Source of the DNA: Candidatus Moranbacteria bacterium UBA2282
GTDB lineage: Bacteria; Patescibacteriota; Minisyncoccia; Moranbacterales; UBA2206
Assembly (NCBI GenBank): GCA_002345745.1
Contig: DDWQ01000011.1
Span: forward strand, 85,995-149,994
Direction: 5' to 3'
Length of the DNA: 64,000 bases
Below, one piece after another: positions 1-9,262 of this stretch. Each line of letters starts with the position of its first letter. Within the stretch, counting starts at the first letter, position 1. The notes under the pieces are model-generated. The model saw nothing but the letters and a program-made list of their open reading frames with translations, made no database searches and was not told the origin of the DNA. The position numbers were made by a program, and so were the translations under genes.

Positions 1-867
1 GGAATTGATGAGGTTCTAGTGCAAGTGATTGATGATGGCTCTAAAGATCAAACAATAGAAATTGCCAAAACTGCCGGAGCTGACTTTGTCTATACAAACG
101 GAATTAATCGTGGCATTGGTATAACTTTTAAACATGCGGCTGAGCGAGCTTTGGATAATGGTGCTGATATTATGGTCAATATGGACGCCGACGGACAATT
201 CAATCCGCAAGATATTACAAAGATTATTGCGCCAATTTTAAATAAAACAGCTGATATGGTTAGTGCTACTCGTTTTGGCGACAAGGAAGCCAAGGATATG
301 CCTAAGGCGAAATATTATCTGAATAAAATAGCTGCTAAGATAATCGGTAGTTTTATGGGATTTCCAATTGACGATCTGACTTGTGGTTTCCGTGCTTACA
401 GCCGAGAAACACTTGTTCGTCTAAACATCACTCCAGGATTTACTTACACTCAAGAAACAATTATCGACGCGATCGGAAAAAATTTGAAACTAGTTTGGAT
501 ACCAGTTGAAGTAACTTATTTCGCTGGTCGAAAATCAAGAGTGGTAAAAAGCATTTTTAATTATGTTAGTAACAGTGGAAAAATAATTCTAGAAGCTGTG
601 CGAGACGTTCGTCCAATGAAATTTTTTGGTTGGCCAGCACTAATTCTTCTTCTGTCTTCTTTTGGATTCTTTGTTTATTTTTTTGTCCTATATTTTCAAG
701 ATTTCAAAATATCACCTTACAAAAACATTTTACTTGTAGCAATCACGCTACTTATCGTTGGGATTCAATTCCTAATCTTCGCTTTCATTGCAGATATGAT
801 TAAATCTGCCCGCAAGCTCATCGAAGATCAAGCACACACTTTGAAAAAATGGCATTATAAAAAATAA
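1..867 (+). CDS. GT2-family glycosyltransferase (polyprenol-phosphate sugar synthase, DPM1/GtrB/ArnC-like); 5' end lies outside the window
   Basis: The reading frame is open from base 1 (GIDEVLVQVIDDGSKDQT). GT-A motifs DDGSKD and DADGQ are present, with C-terminal TM helices. ORF track 19..867. Confidence 0.75.
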   Translation, partial: GIDEVLVQVIDDGSKDQTIEIAKTAGADFVYTNGINRGIGITFKHAAERALDNGADIMVNMDADGQFNPQDITKIIAPILNKTADMVSATRFGDKEAKDMPKAKYYLNKIAAKIIGSFMGFPIDDLTCGFRAYSRETLVRLNITPGFTYTQETIIDAIGKNLKLVWIPVEVTYFAGRKSRVVKSIFNYVSNSGKIILEAVRDVRPMKFFGWPALILLLSSFGFFVYFFVLYFQDFKISPYKNILLVAITLLIVGIQFLIFAFIADMIKSARKLIEDQAHTLKKWHYKK

Positions 868-884
868 TCACGACATTAGCCTCT

Positions 885-915
885 AAAAACCCACTATTCA
901 AACGGTGGGTTTTTT
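885..915 (+). terminator. Rho-independent terminator-like hairpin after the GT2 gene
   Basis: Stem aaaaacccac/gtgggttttt with a 10-nt loop, followed by a T-rich run. Confidence 0.5.
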
Positions 916-961
916 ACTTGAAAAATAGTGTGCTTTGAGGTAGAATAAGAAGGTAAATTAA

Positions 962-2056
962 ATGATACATACTATGAAAATTCTATTCATTTCTCACGCC
1001 TATCCGCCCACTGTCGGCGGAGTTGAAAATCAAAATTTTGAACTTGCTTCGTGGCTCGGAAAAATTGCTGAAGTCCGTATAATGGCCAATGGTCGTGGTA
1101 AGAAAGTTTTACCGCTCTGGATGCCCTACACACTCCTCAAATGCTTTTTTGTTGCACCCAAATATGATGTCATCCTTTTGGGCAATGCTCTTTTGGCCCA
1201 TATGGGTTGGATTTTGAAAATTATTTATCGAAAGCCGGTCATTGTAGTAGCACATGGACTTGATCTGACTTTCAAAAATTGGATCTACCAAACTTTTTGG
1301 GTGGGTTTTTTCATCAAGAAAATGGATAAAATAATCTGTGTTGGCAACGAAACTATCCGTGTTGCCAAAGAAAAAGGCATTGATGCAGAAAAATTAGTTT
1401 TCATTCCTAATGGCGTCAACACTAACAAATTTATAGCAGAATATTCTTGGACTGACATAGAAAAAATTTTTGGAAAAAAATTAGCTCAGAAAAAAATTCT
1501 AATGACTTCTGGAAGACTAGCAAGAAGAAAAGGTGTGGCGTGGTTTATTCGCAATGTGATGCCAAAACTAGATCAAAATATTTTGTATATTGTCGCAGGT
1601 GATGGTGTTGATAAAGAGAATATTCAAGTTGCCATCCAAGAAAAAAATTTAGCTGACCGCGTGCAAATGATTGGCTATATGGGCGACCCAGTGCGAGATA
1701 TGCTTTTTCACACCTGTGATTTATTTATCCAACCCAACATTAAGACTGTTGGCGATATGGAAGGTTTTGGTCTATCAGTTATTGAAGCTGCTTATTGTGG
1801 CATTCCAGTTCTTGCTGCTAATCTTGAAGGGCTTAAAGATGCTATCAAGGATGGACAGGATGGTTTTTTAATTGAACCAGAAGATGTTGCTGGATATGTT
1901 GCCAAAATTAATGAACTTTTGTCCAATGATGAAAACCGAAAAGCTTTTGGACAAAAGGCTAGACAGTTTGTCATTGATAATTATAGTTGGGATAAAATAG
2001 CTGAAAAATATTTAACGGAAATAGAAAAGACAATCTCAAATCAAAAAAATATTTAA
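962..2056 (+). CDS. GT4-family (GT-B) glycosyltransferase
   Basis: C-terminal EGFGLSVIEAAYCGIPVLA...DGFL motif (E-x7-E-type GT4 signature). N-terminal YPPTVGG. Confidence 0.8.
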   Translation: MIHTMKILFISHAYPPTVGGVENQNFELASWLGKIAEVRIMANGRGKKVLPLWMPYTLLKCFFVAPKYDVILLGNALLAHMGWILKIIYRKPVIVVAHGLDLTFKNWIYQTFWVGFFIKKMDKIICVGNETIRVAKEKGIDAEKLVFIPNGVNTNKFIAEYSWTDIEKIFGKKLAQKKILMTSGRLARRKGVAWFIRNVMPKLDQNILYIVAGDGVDKENIQVAIQEKNLADRVQMIGYMGDPVRDMLFHTCDLFIQPNIKTVGDMEGFGLSVIEAAYCGIPVLAANLEGLKDAIKDGQDGFLIEPEDVAGYVAKINELLSNDENRKAFGQKARQFVIDNYSWDKIAEKYLTEIEKTISNQKNI

Positions 2057-2118
2057 ATATTTAGACTTCATTTTGAAATTTTAAATTTAGAATTTGAAAT
2101 TAAACAAAAAAATCTATA

Positions 2119-3999
2119 ATGCTACAACACATACTAAACCAAATAACTTTCTTCATCACACTAGCCTTTGTGTTATTTATTCCTGGCTATGTAATGCTTC
2201 TGGCAATTTTTGGCAAAAGCAAAATTTTGAGTACGCTAGAAAAATTTATTATTTCTTTTGGCTTGAGCATTGTTGGTGTTGATTTTATTTTCTTTGCCAT
2301 CGCAAAATTAAATATTCCTATCACTCGCCTATCATCTGTCATTAGTATTGCATTGTTTATTTTTATTTGTTGGATTATTTATAAATTTAGACATTTTTCA
2401 ACTTCAAATGAAAGCACACCATTATTCTCTTTTTCTAAAAATCAATTCATTCTAATTCTGCTTTTGCTATTTCTAACTCTTTTTATAAAAACAGCCTTTT
2501 TAACTGATACGGTTTTTCCAACAGCGACCGATATGGGACACCATATGTATTGGGCCAAGTGGATGGTAGAAAATCATCAATTGCCAACCTATGACGGTAT
2601 GCCGGATTTTATTATTGGTGAACACATCATATTTGCTACTATATCAACACTTAGTGGTGCCAGTTTTCTATCTGCTTTTCCAATTGTTGTTTTGTTTCTT
2701 ATAAATATGCTCAGTATTTTAACAGTATTTATCCTAACCCTGCGTATTTTTAAAGAGAAAAATATTGCTATTCTAACCTTATTATTTTTAGGTGTTTTGT
2801 ATGCAGTCGCTTCACCGCAAGCCAAATTTGTTTCTGGCGGCGTCATTGGCAACCTGATCGGAAATTTCCTACTACCATTGTCATTCTATTTCTATTATCG
2901 TGCTTTTAGTTTTTTTGAAACTGATGCGAAGTTAACGACTGATAATAAAACATTCCTAGCTCTGGCAATTTTCTCAACCTTTGGATTGTTCTATACACAT
3001 CATCTTACTTCTTTTATTTTTCTTTTTATTTTTACCTTGTTAGTGTTGATATTTTTGGTCGTCAATCGAAATCACTTAAAAAGTATCTTTTCAGCTTTGT
3101 TTAAAATTATTCTTTCTCCACAGGTGCTAGCAACGTTTTTCACTGGATTGCTATTTTTCTTTTTTATTTTCACACCAAACTACATCAAAAATAGTGCTGT
3201 CGAAACAGCCGTCGGCGCTCCTAGCAAAGAAACTCGCGTAGGGCTTACGATTGACAATTTACGTTCATCTGTTGGCGAAGCCAGAATCGCACTTGGCTTT
3301 CTGGGACTGCTCATTCTTGCAATTGGATTTAAGAAAAAAAATATTGGTTTCGCAATTGTCGCTGCTTGGGCGGTGATGATTTTCATTATGTCTACACAAC
3401 CCCAAATGTTGTTTATAAATCTGCCTAGCACGCGTATTGGTAACTATCTTTCCTATCCAATCGCAATTTTGAGTGCCTATGCTTTCTATGAAATTTTCAA
3501 GGCACGCCAAAATGATACCAAAAAAATAAATAACCTGCTTAAAATAAGTTTTGTCATTATTGCAACATTTTTTTTAGTGGATGGCATTTCCGATTCAGCC
3601 ACAAGTTTCAAAGTCAAGACTGATCTTAGTCCGCTGGCACAAACTTTTGATGCTTCCAATTATCTTGCAACTGTCACTACTGATACTGATGAAATACTAA
3701 AAGATCACAACTATATTACAGCTGATTCTTGGATGAAAATCTTTCTGATGCGTGGCTATAAATATCCACTGTCTCGCGGATATTTCAAACGCTATGATGA
3801 CCCAACAAAACCGCGCGAAATGTGTACGCTCAATATGATTTCCACACCAGCGAGTCCTGAGGCACAGCAGTGTTTCATTGAAACACAAACTAATTTCATT
3901 GTAGTCAATCCAAACTATGACAGCGCGCAGTTCATTAAATTGAAAAATTTTGATCAAGTCTATTCTAGTGTTGGAATAAATATTTATTACAAAAAATAA
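2119..3999 (+). CDS. Polytopic membrane protein with a large C-terminal extracytoplasmic domain; possibly a GT-C-type glycosyltransferase or polymerase
   Basis: About 12 predicted TM segments followed by a roughly 200-aa soluble tail. The ATG overlaps a TATAAT hexamer, so the start is uncertain. Confidence 0.45.
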   Translation: MLQHILNQITFFITLAFVLFIPGYVMLLAIFGKSKILSTLEKFIISFGLSIVGVDFIFFAIAKLNIPITRLSSVISIALFIFICWIIYKFRHFSTSNESTPLFSFSKNQFILILLLLFLTLFIKTAFLTDTVFPTATDMGHHMYWAKWMVENHQLPTYDGMPDFIIGEHIIFATISTLSGASFLSAFPIVVLFLINMLSILTVFILTLRIFKEKNIAILTLLFLGVLYAVASPQAKFVSGGVIGNLIGNFLLPLSFYFYYRAFSFFETDAKLTTDNKTFLALAIFSTFGLFYTHHLTSFIFLFIFTLLVLIFLVVNRNHLKSIFSALFKIILSPQVLATFFTGLLFFFFIFTPNYIKNSAVETAVGAPSKETRVGLTIDNLRSSVGEARIALGFLGLLILAIGFKKKNIGFAIVAAWAVMIFIMSTQPQMLFINLPSTRIGNYLSYPIAILSAYAFYEIFKARQNDTKKINNLLKISFVIIATFFLVDGISDSATSFKVKTDLSPLAQTFDASNYLATVTTDTDEILKDHNYITADSWMKIFLMRGYKYPLSRGYFKRYDDPTKPREMCTLNMISTPASPEAQQCFIETQTNFIVVNPNYDSAQFIKLKNFDQVYSSVGINIYYKK

Positions 4000-4004
4000 C
4001 TACT

Positions 4005-4370
4005 ATGCAACAACAAACTAAAATTATCTTATTTTTTCTGAGTCTGTTTCTAGCAAGCTCAGTCTATTTATTTTCCATTGATTCCAATTACAACAAAGCA
4101 GGAAATAACAATGACTGGTATGCACTATATTTCACCAATCCAAAATCAGATGACCTCAGCTTTGCTATTAAAAATTTTAGCAGCGAAACTAATTTTCACT
4201 GGGAAATTTTAGCTGACAATAAAAAAATAGCTGAACAAAATGTTAGCATTCAAACTGACGAAGAACTAGGATTCAATCCGACTGCAGTTGACACGGAAAT
4301 TAAAAAATATATCATCCGTGTTTCTGCTGGCAACATCACGCAAGAAATTTATAAAAATATAAAAAAATAA
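4005..4370 (+). CDS. Small hypothetical protein with an N-terminal signal/anchor
   Basis: 121-aa ORF with a hydrophobic N-terminus, tightly spaced between flanking genes. Confidence 0.35.
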   Translation: MQQQTKIILFFLSLFLASSVYLFSIDSNYNKAGNNNDWYALYFTNPKSDDLSFAIKNFSSETNFHWEILADNKKIAEQNVSIQTDEELGFNPTAVDTEIKKYIIRVSAGNITQEIYKNIKK

Positions 4371-4372
4371 TT

Positions 4373-5506
4373 ATGCCAACTCCTAAAAAAATTCTCCTCG
4401 TCACGCGTCCAATCGCTCCCCCTTGGGATGAAGCGTCCAAAAATTTCGCCTACGCCTTGGCTAGTGATTTGCGGTCAAACACAGACCTAGAATTACATTT
4501 GATGACCAACGGTTTTGTTTCGCAGCTGCCAACAGAGGTTATTCAAGAACAGATTTATACCCAATCACAAAATGACTTTAGTTTTTCACAAAAAATAAGA
4601 CTCTTTTGGTTTCTGTTGTGGAGTTCTCACAAATTCGATATCATTCATTTGCTTTTCACACCGACAAAAATAAACATTTTTTTTATTAAATTAGTCTTAG
4701 CATTCTCCAAAGTTAAAACCGTACAAACAGTAGCCACCTTGCGTGAGGATATTTTTTCGCCGGAAGAAATAAAAAAATTAATGTTTGCCGATATTATTGT
4801 TACCTATTCTGACTATGCAAAAAACAAACTACTCACATTAGGAATTGAAAACAGCCAGTGTATTTATCCAGGGATTAATTTGGAGGAATATTGCAAAAAA
4901 GAAAAAAATCCAGAACTCCTAGCTCAATATAATTTTACTGCTACGGACTTTATTATTAATTTCTCTGGTGAATACACGCGTCTCGGAGCAATGGATGATG
5001 TCATTGATTCTTTCATAGAAACCTCTGCCAAAATTCCAAATGTAAAGCTATCACTGGCAGTACGGGTAAAAAATGAACGAGATGCAAAGAAAAAGAAAGA
5101 GGTTGTAGAAAAATTACAAAAAAATGACTTACTTGCAAAAGTTGCCTTTCATGATGATGGAAAATATAATATGACTGATATTTATAATCTAGCTGACATT
5201 TCTATTTTTCCGGTGCAAAATATGCACGGCAAGTTTGATATTCCCTTGGTCGTAGTTGAAGCGATGGCATGTGAAAAAGCGGTTATTGTTTCCAATTTGC
5301 CGATCCTGCGAGAATTTACTTCGGAAATAACTGCAGTTACAATTACCAAAGGCAATGTGCCAGAATTAACTGTCGCGATTATTGACCTCTATGAAAACCC
5401 AGAGAAACGCAATTCTCTTGGGAAAAATGGACGAAAATTTTGTGAAGAACATTTTGATATTAAAAAAGTTTCCGCTAAATATGAACGCCTCTATAAAAAT
5501 TTATAA
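4373..5506 (+). CDS. GT-B glycosyltransferase (GT4-like)
   Basis: C-terminal PLVVVEAMACEKAVIVSNL motif typical of GT4 C-domains. Confidence 0.6.
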   Translation: MPTPKKILLVTRPIAPPWDEASKNFAYALASDLRSNTDLELHLMTNGFVSQLPTEVIQEQIYTQSQNDFSFSQKIRLFWFLLWSSHKFDIIHLLFTPTKINIFFIKLVLAFSKVKTVQTVATLREDIFSPEEIKKLMFADIIVTYSDYAKNKLLTLGIENSQCIYPGINLEEYCKKEKNPELLAQYNFTATDFIINFSGEYTRLGAMDDVIDSFIETSAKIPNVKLSLAVRVKNERDAKKKKEVVEKLQKNDLLAKVAFHDDGKYNMTDIYNLADISIFPVQNMHGKFDIPLVVVEAMACEKAVIVSNLPILREFTSEITAVTITKGNVPELTVAIIDLYENPEKRNSLGKNGRKFCEEHFDIKKVSAKYERLYKNL

Positions 5507-5515
5507 ACAAAAATT

Positions 5516-7024
5516 ATGAATAATCCCAAGGAAAATTTATCAGAAATAACACCACATCAATATGATTTTCAGACAGAAAAAATGTCTGTGCCAAGTCGCT
5601 TTTTTATGAGCTCAGATCTTTTGCCTGAAGAGCAAACATTTCTGCAAACAGAAGACATTGCTTCCAATAAAGATGTTTTTTTTCGCCATACTGTTGCTAT
5701 GCCAGATGTCTGTTCCAAACCAGGAAGGAAAAATGCGGCCGGAACCACTATCGTATCAGAAAAATATATTCTGCCACAGGTTAATGATTCTGATCCTAAT
5801 TGCGGTATGCGTCTAGTCAAAACAAATTTGACCGAGGACAACATTACGCCAACCGAAATTCATAAACTATTTGAATATTTGGTCGATGTTGTACCCACGA
5901 AAAAATTAATTGGAACTACAGTGCCTTTCAAAACTGTGGTGGACATTTGTCGCAAAGGGACGAGTGCTGTCATAGAACATTTTGGGGTTAAAACCAAAAA
6001 TGAATTAGAAAATACACAGTCAGGAGGAAATTTTTTCAGCAAAGAAATGACCCCGCAAGATATTTTTGATGCCATCCCGAAATTGTATTTGCATTTTGCA
6101 AAATATCGTCTTGGAATTCTTGGTGCAGCTGGTAATCATTTTCTTGATTTAGTTAAAGTCACTGAAATTATTGACCCTCTAATGGCTGAAAAATTTGGCG
6201 TAAAAAAAGGTCAGTATCTTTTTATGATACACACTGGTTCTGGCATTCTCGGACAATATACAATGTATTCCTACACTGCCAAAAAGAGAGAACATCTTTC
6301 TCAAGCAATTATGGTGAAACTTGGACAACTCACTTTCAATTCCAGAAAGAAAGATATCTACGACTCTATGCAAAAATCTATCGCCAAACATATGGCAGAT
6401 GATAATTCACTTTTGAAATATGATGCCAACGGACCGGACGGCGAACTCTATATGAATGCCCGTGCGGCCGCTTCTAACTTTGGCACCGCTAATCGTGCCG
6501 TTATCACACACAACATTTCCGAAGCTATTAAAAAAATTCTAGATCGTGATCCGGAAATGGATTTGATTTATGACATTCCACACATCTCGATTACAAAAGA
6601 AGAACATTTTAGCACGCCGGTGATGGTGCATCGCAATAACACCTCACGAGCCTTTGGACCAAGCAAGATGTCTGCTCATCCTCTTTACAAAGAAACTGGC
6701 GAGCCAGCATTTATTCCATCTTCAATGAGCACTTCAGCCTATCTTTGCGTCGGCACTGATGACAACGCTGAAAGTTTCTATTCTGCCCCGCACGGGACTG
6801 GAAAAGGTCAGAATGCTACGGAAAAGTCCATTACTAACAAAGAGGAGCTATTTGAAAAAATGAAGGAAAAAGGCGTGCATCTATATAACGCTAAATCGTC
6901 CATCGTCATGAACCAAGATTCTGCCAGATACAAAAACATCAATCAAGTAATCACTGGTGTCGAAGCTAATGGCATCGCCCACGTGGTGGCAAAAATGGAG
7001 CCTGTGGCAGTGTTAATGTATTAA
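5516..7024 (+). CDS. RtcB-family protein (RNA 3'-phosphate ligase family), divergent
   Basis: Motifs align with RtcB: AMPDVCSKPG (PDVH-like, but His is replaced by Cys), DPNCGM (DIGCGM), AAGNHFLD (GNHFIE), IHTGSGILG (HSGSRGLG), APHGTGKG (HGAGR). Confidence 0.6.
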   Translation: MNNPKENLSEITPHQYDFQTEKMSVPSRFFMSSDLLPEEQTFLQTEDIASNKDVFFRHTVAMPDVCSKPGRKNAAGTTIVSEKYILPQVNDSDPNCGMRLVKTNLTEDNITPTEIHKLFEYLVDVVPTKKLIGTTVPFKTVVDICRKGTSAVIEHFGVKTKNELENTQSGGNFFSKEMTPQDIFDAIPKLYLHFAKYRLGILGAAGNHFLDLVKVTEIIDPLMAEKFGVKKGQYLFMIHTGSGILGQYTMYSYTAKKREHLSQAIMVKLGQLTFNSRKKDIYDSMQKSIAKHMADDNSLLKYDANGPDGELYMNARAAASNFGTANRAVITHNISEAIKKILDRDPEMDLIYDIPHISITKEEHFSTPVMVHRNNTSRAFGPSKMSAHPLYKETGEPAFIPSSMSTSAYLCVGTDDNAESFYSAPHGTGKGQNATEKSITNKEELFEKMKEKGVHLYNAKSSIVMNQDSARYKNINQVITGVEANGIAHVVAKMEPVAVLMY

Positions 7025-7081
7025 TAATTGGTTTAAAGGTCTGTCACGTGCTATTATTTTGATGTAATAAAAAAATACGAT

Positions 7082-7684
7082 ATGAAAATAATTACTATTT
7101 CAGGTGTCGACGGCTCAGGAAAATCTACGCAAATTGAGCTTTTGAAAGAATATTTAGAATCGCAAAATAAGCGGGTTTTCTATTTTCACGCCATCGAGTT
7201 CGGTTTGGCTAATAAATTAGCGCGGTTCAAACATAGCTATTGTCTGCTCTGCAAAATCAAATCACCTTCTGCTACCAAAAGTGTCACCCGGGCTAATTGG
7301 CTACAAATCCAATTGCGCAAAATATTTCTAATTATTGATATTTGGCGATTTGATAAATTAGTTAAAAAATTAAACAAAGAAAATTTTGACTATCTTTTAA
7401 GCGATCGTTATTTCTACGATAGTATTATTAATATCAAATATTTATCTGAAACAACTTGGACACCCAGTGTCCAAGTGAAAAAACCAGATGTATCATTTTT
7501 TCTTGATATGAACCCGGAACAAATTATGCAACGCGAAAGAAAGCCAGATCAGGGTCTGGAATATTTACAGAAAAAAACAGCTCTATTCAAAGCTAAAATT
7601 GTTGAATGGAATATGAAAATTATTGATGCCAATCAGTCCAAAGAAGAACTTTTTAACACCATAAAAAATATTCTAGCTTTATAA
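7082..7684 (+). CDS. Thymidylate kinase (Tmk)-family P-loop kinase with an unusual insertion
   Basis: P-loop GVDGSGKST, DRYFYDS (Tmk DRY motif), and FLDMNPEQIMQRER lid-like region. A roughly 40-aa insert follows strand 2. Confidence 0.5.
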   Translation: MKIITISGVDGSGKSTQIELLKEYLESQNKRVFYFHAIEFGLANKLARFKHSYCLLCKIKSPSATKSVTRANWLQIQLRKIFLIIDIWRFDKLVKKLNKENFDYLLSDRYFYDSIINIKYLSETTWTPSVQVKKPDVSFFLDMNPEQIMQRERKPDQGLEYLQKKTALFKAKIVEWNMKIIDANQSKEELFNTIKNILAL

Positions 7685-7720
7685 ACTTTACGGACTTTAT
7701 AAACTTTTAACTTTATATAT
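7685..7720. repeat. Short array with 9-bp periodicity (ACTTTnnnn units)
   Basis: actttacgg actttataa actttttaa ctttatat, the same unit family as the other intergenic arrays. Confidence 0.4.
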
Positions 7721-9262
7721 ATGTCAAATACTATCGCCAAATCAGCCCTCTGGGTTACCATTTCCGAGATACTCTTTAATCTATCTGGATTCATTATCCA
7801 CAGCGTTCTGGGACGCGTTTTAGGGCCTGCAGACTATGGCCGCTATGGCCTAATTGTGACTTTGACCACGATGGTTATCGTACTCATCGGCAATGGCATT
7901 CCGACCGCTATGGCTAAATATATCAGTGAGATTTTTGAAACTGATCCACGGATGGTTTTGCAAATCAAAAAGCAAGCTATCAAATTGCAAATGATTATCG
8001 TTGGTGCCATCACAGTTATTTTCTATCTTTCCGCCGGACTAATTTCTAAAGCATTGGGAGATCCAACTCTGGCGCCACTCTTCCGTTTTTCAACCTTAAT
8101 CATCCCCGCTTTCGCCGCCGCATCTTTTTATTTTTCCTACTACACTGGTCTGCATAAATTTAATACTCAAGCCACACTCAAAACAATTCGCTCAGTGATG
8201 CGTATCGGCTTTGTCATTGGTATGGCTATCCTGTTTGGACTCAAAGGCTCTCTCTCTGGCTACATCATCGCGCCATTTTCTGTTTTCGCAATTGCCTTTC
8301 TGATTGATAAATTCAAAATTTCAAAAGAATTAAAATCCCACATCGCCGTAAAGACGCAAAATATTGCGTCTCTACCGAAGGAAACATCCTTTGATTGGAA
8401 AAAATTAGTCAATTATGGTTGGCAGATAGTGGTTTTTTTCCTGGCCTACGAACTACTCATCAGTATTGATTTATATATGGTCAAAGCCATTTTGCACGAC
8501 GATGTTTTAACTGGAATCTACAACGCCTCACTCACCGTCGGTCGCATTCCCTACTACATCTTCTATGCTATGACCGTCTTTCTTCTGCCAATGATGTCAA
8601 AATCAACTGCACAAAATAATCACAGTGAGACAACTAGAATCCTTGCTCAAGCACTGCGTATCATTTTAATTTTACTAGTGCCAATGATAATTCTGCTCTC
8701 AATTTTTTCTTTGCCAACTTTGGAACTGCTCTATGGTCAAAAATATTTAGCAGGAGCTGTGCCAATGTCAATTTTGGTTTTTGGCGTCGGGTTCCTCACT
8801 CTTTTCTATGTCTTGAGTTTTGCAATGAATGGTGCTGGCAAAACTAAACTTGTGATGTGGATTGCCTCGATTGGACTCGCAATAAACTCAACTTTAAATT
8901 ATTTTTTCATCCAAAAATACGGCATTCTTGGTTCAGCTATTGCCACTTCCGTTGCTTCGTTTGTCATAATGATCATTATGCTCTGTTATTTGCACCGTGA
9001 TTTCGGCGTTGCCTACAAAATCAGAAGTGTTTCATCTGTAGCATTGGCTGGACTTGGCATCTATATTTTTTCACTCATCATCCCATTGGATAAAAAATTC
9101 TTTATCATTGAATCAATCATTCTTTTGGGAGTCTATTTCGGTTCGCTTTGGCTTCTGCGGGAAATCAAAAAGGAGGACCTCACGATCCTCCAAAACCTTA
9201 TTCGCCGTAAGAAAGTCGTGGAAGTGGAACAAGAACTTTCCGGCAATGAACCCAGCGCCTAA
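7721..9262 (+). CDS. Polysaccharide biosynthesis protein, Wzx/MOP-superfamily flippase
   Basis: 513 aa, about 14 TM helices, typical Wzx/MurJ-like topology and length. Confidence 0.7.
   Translation: MSNTIAKSALWVTISEILFNLSGFIIHSVLGRVLGPADYGRYGLIVTLTTMVIVLIGNGIPTAMAKYISEIFETDPRMVLQIKKQAIKLQMIIVGAITVIFYLSAGLISKALGDPTLAPLFRFSTLIIPAFAAASFYFSYYTGLHKFNTQATLKTIRSVMRIGFVIGMAILFGLKGSLSGYIIAPFSVFAIAFLIDKFKISKELKSHIAVKTQNIASLPKETSFDWKKLVNYGWQIVVFFLAYELLISIDLYMVKAILHDDVLTGIYNASLTVGRIPYYIFYAMTVFLLPMMSKSTAQNNHSETTRILAQALRIILILLVPMIILLSIFSLPTLELLYGQKYLAGAVPMSILVFGVGFLTLFYVLSFAMNGAGKTKLVMWIASIGLAINSTLNYFFIQKYGILGSAIATSVASFVIMIIMLCYLHRDFGVAYKIRSVSSVALAGLGIYIFSLIIPLDKKFFIIESIILLGVYFGSLWLLREIKKEDLTILQNLIRRKKVVEVEQELSGNEPSA

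Noticed and set aside
16-293. Short antisense and overlapping ORFs (for example 16..210, 90..293, and many others of 60-150 aa lying inside long genes on the opposite strand).
   Set aside because: They are fully embedded in longer ORFs with clear family motifs. AT-rich genomes produce many spurious antisense ORFs. None has recognisable motifs.
2086-2120. TTGAAA-15nt-TATAAT promoter immediately overlapping the ATG at 2119.
   Set aside because: The spacer is suboptimal and the gene is probably co-transcribed with the upstream GT4, so the start at 2119 was kept.
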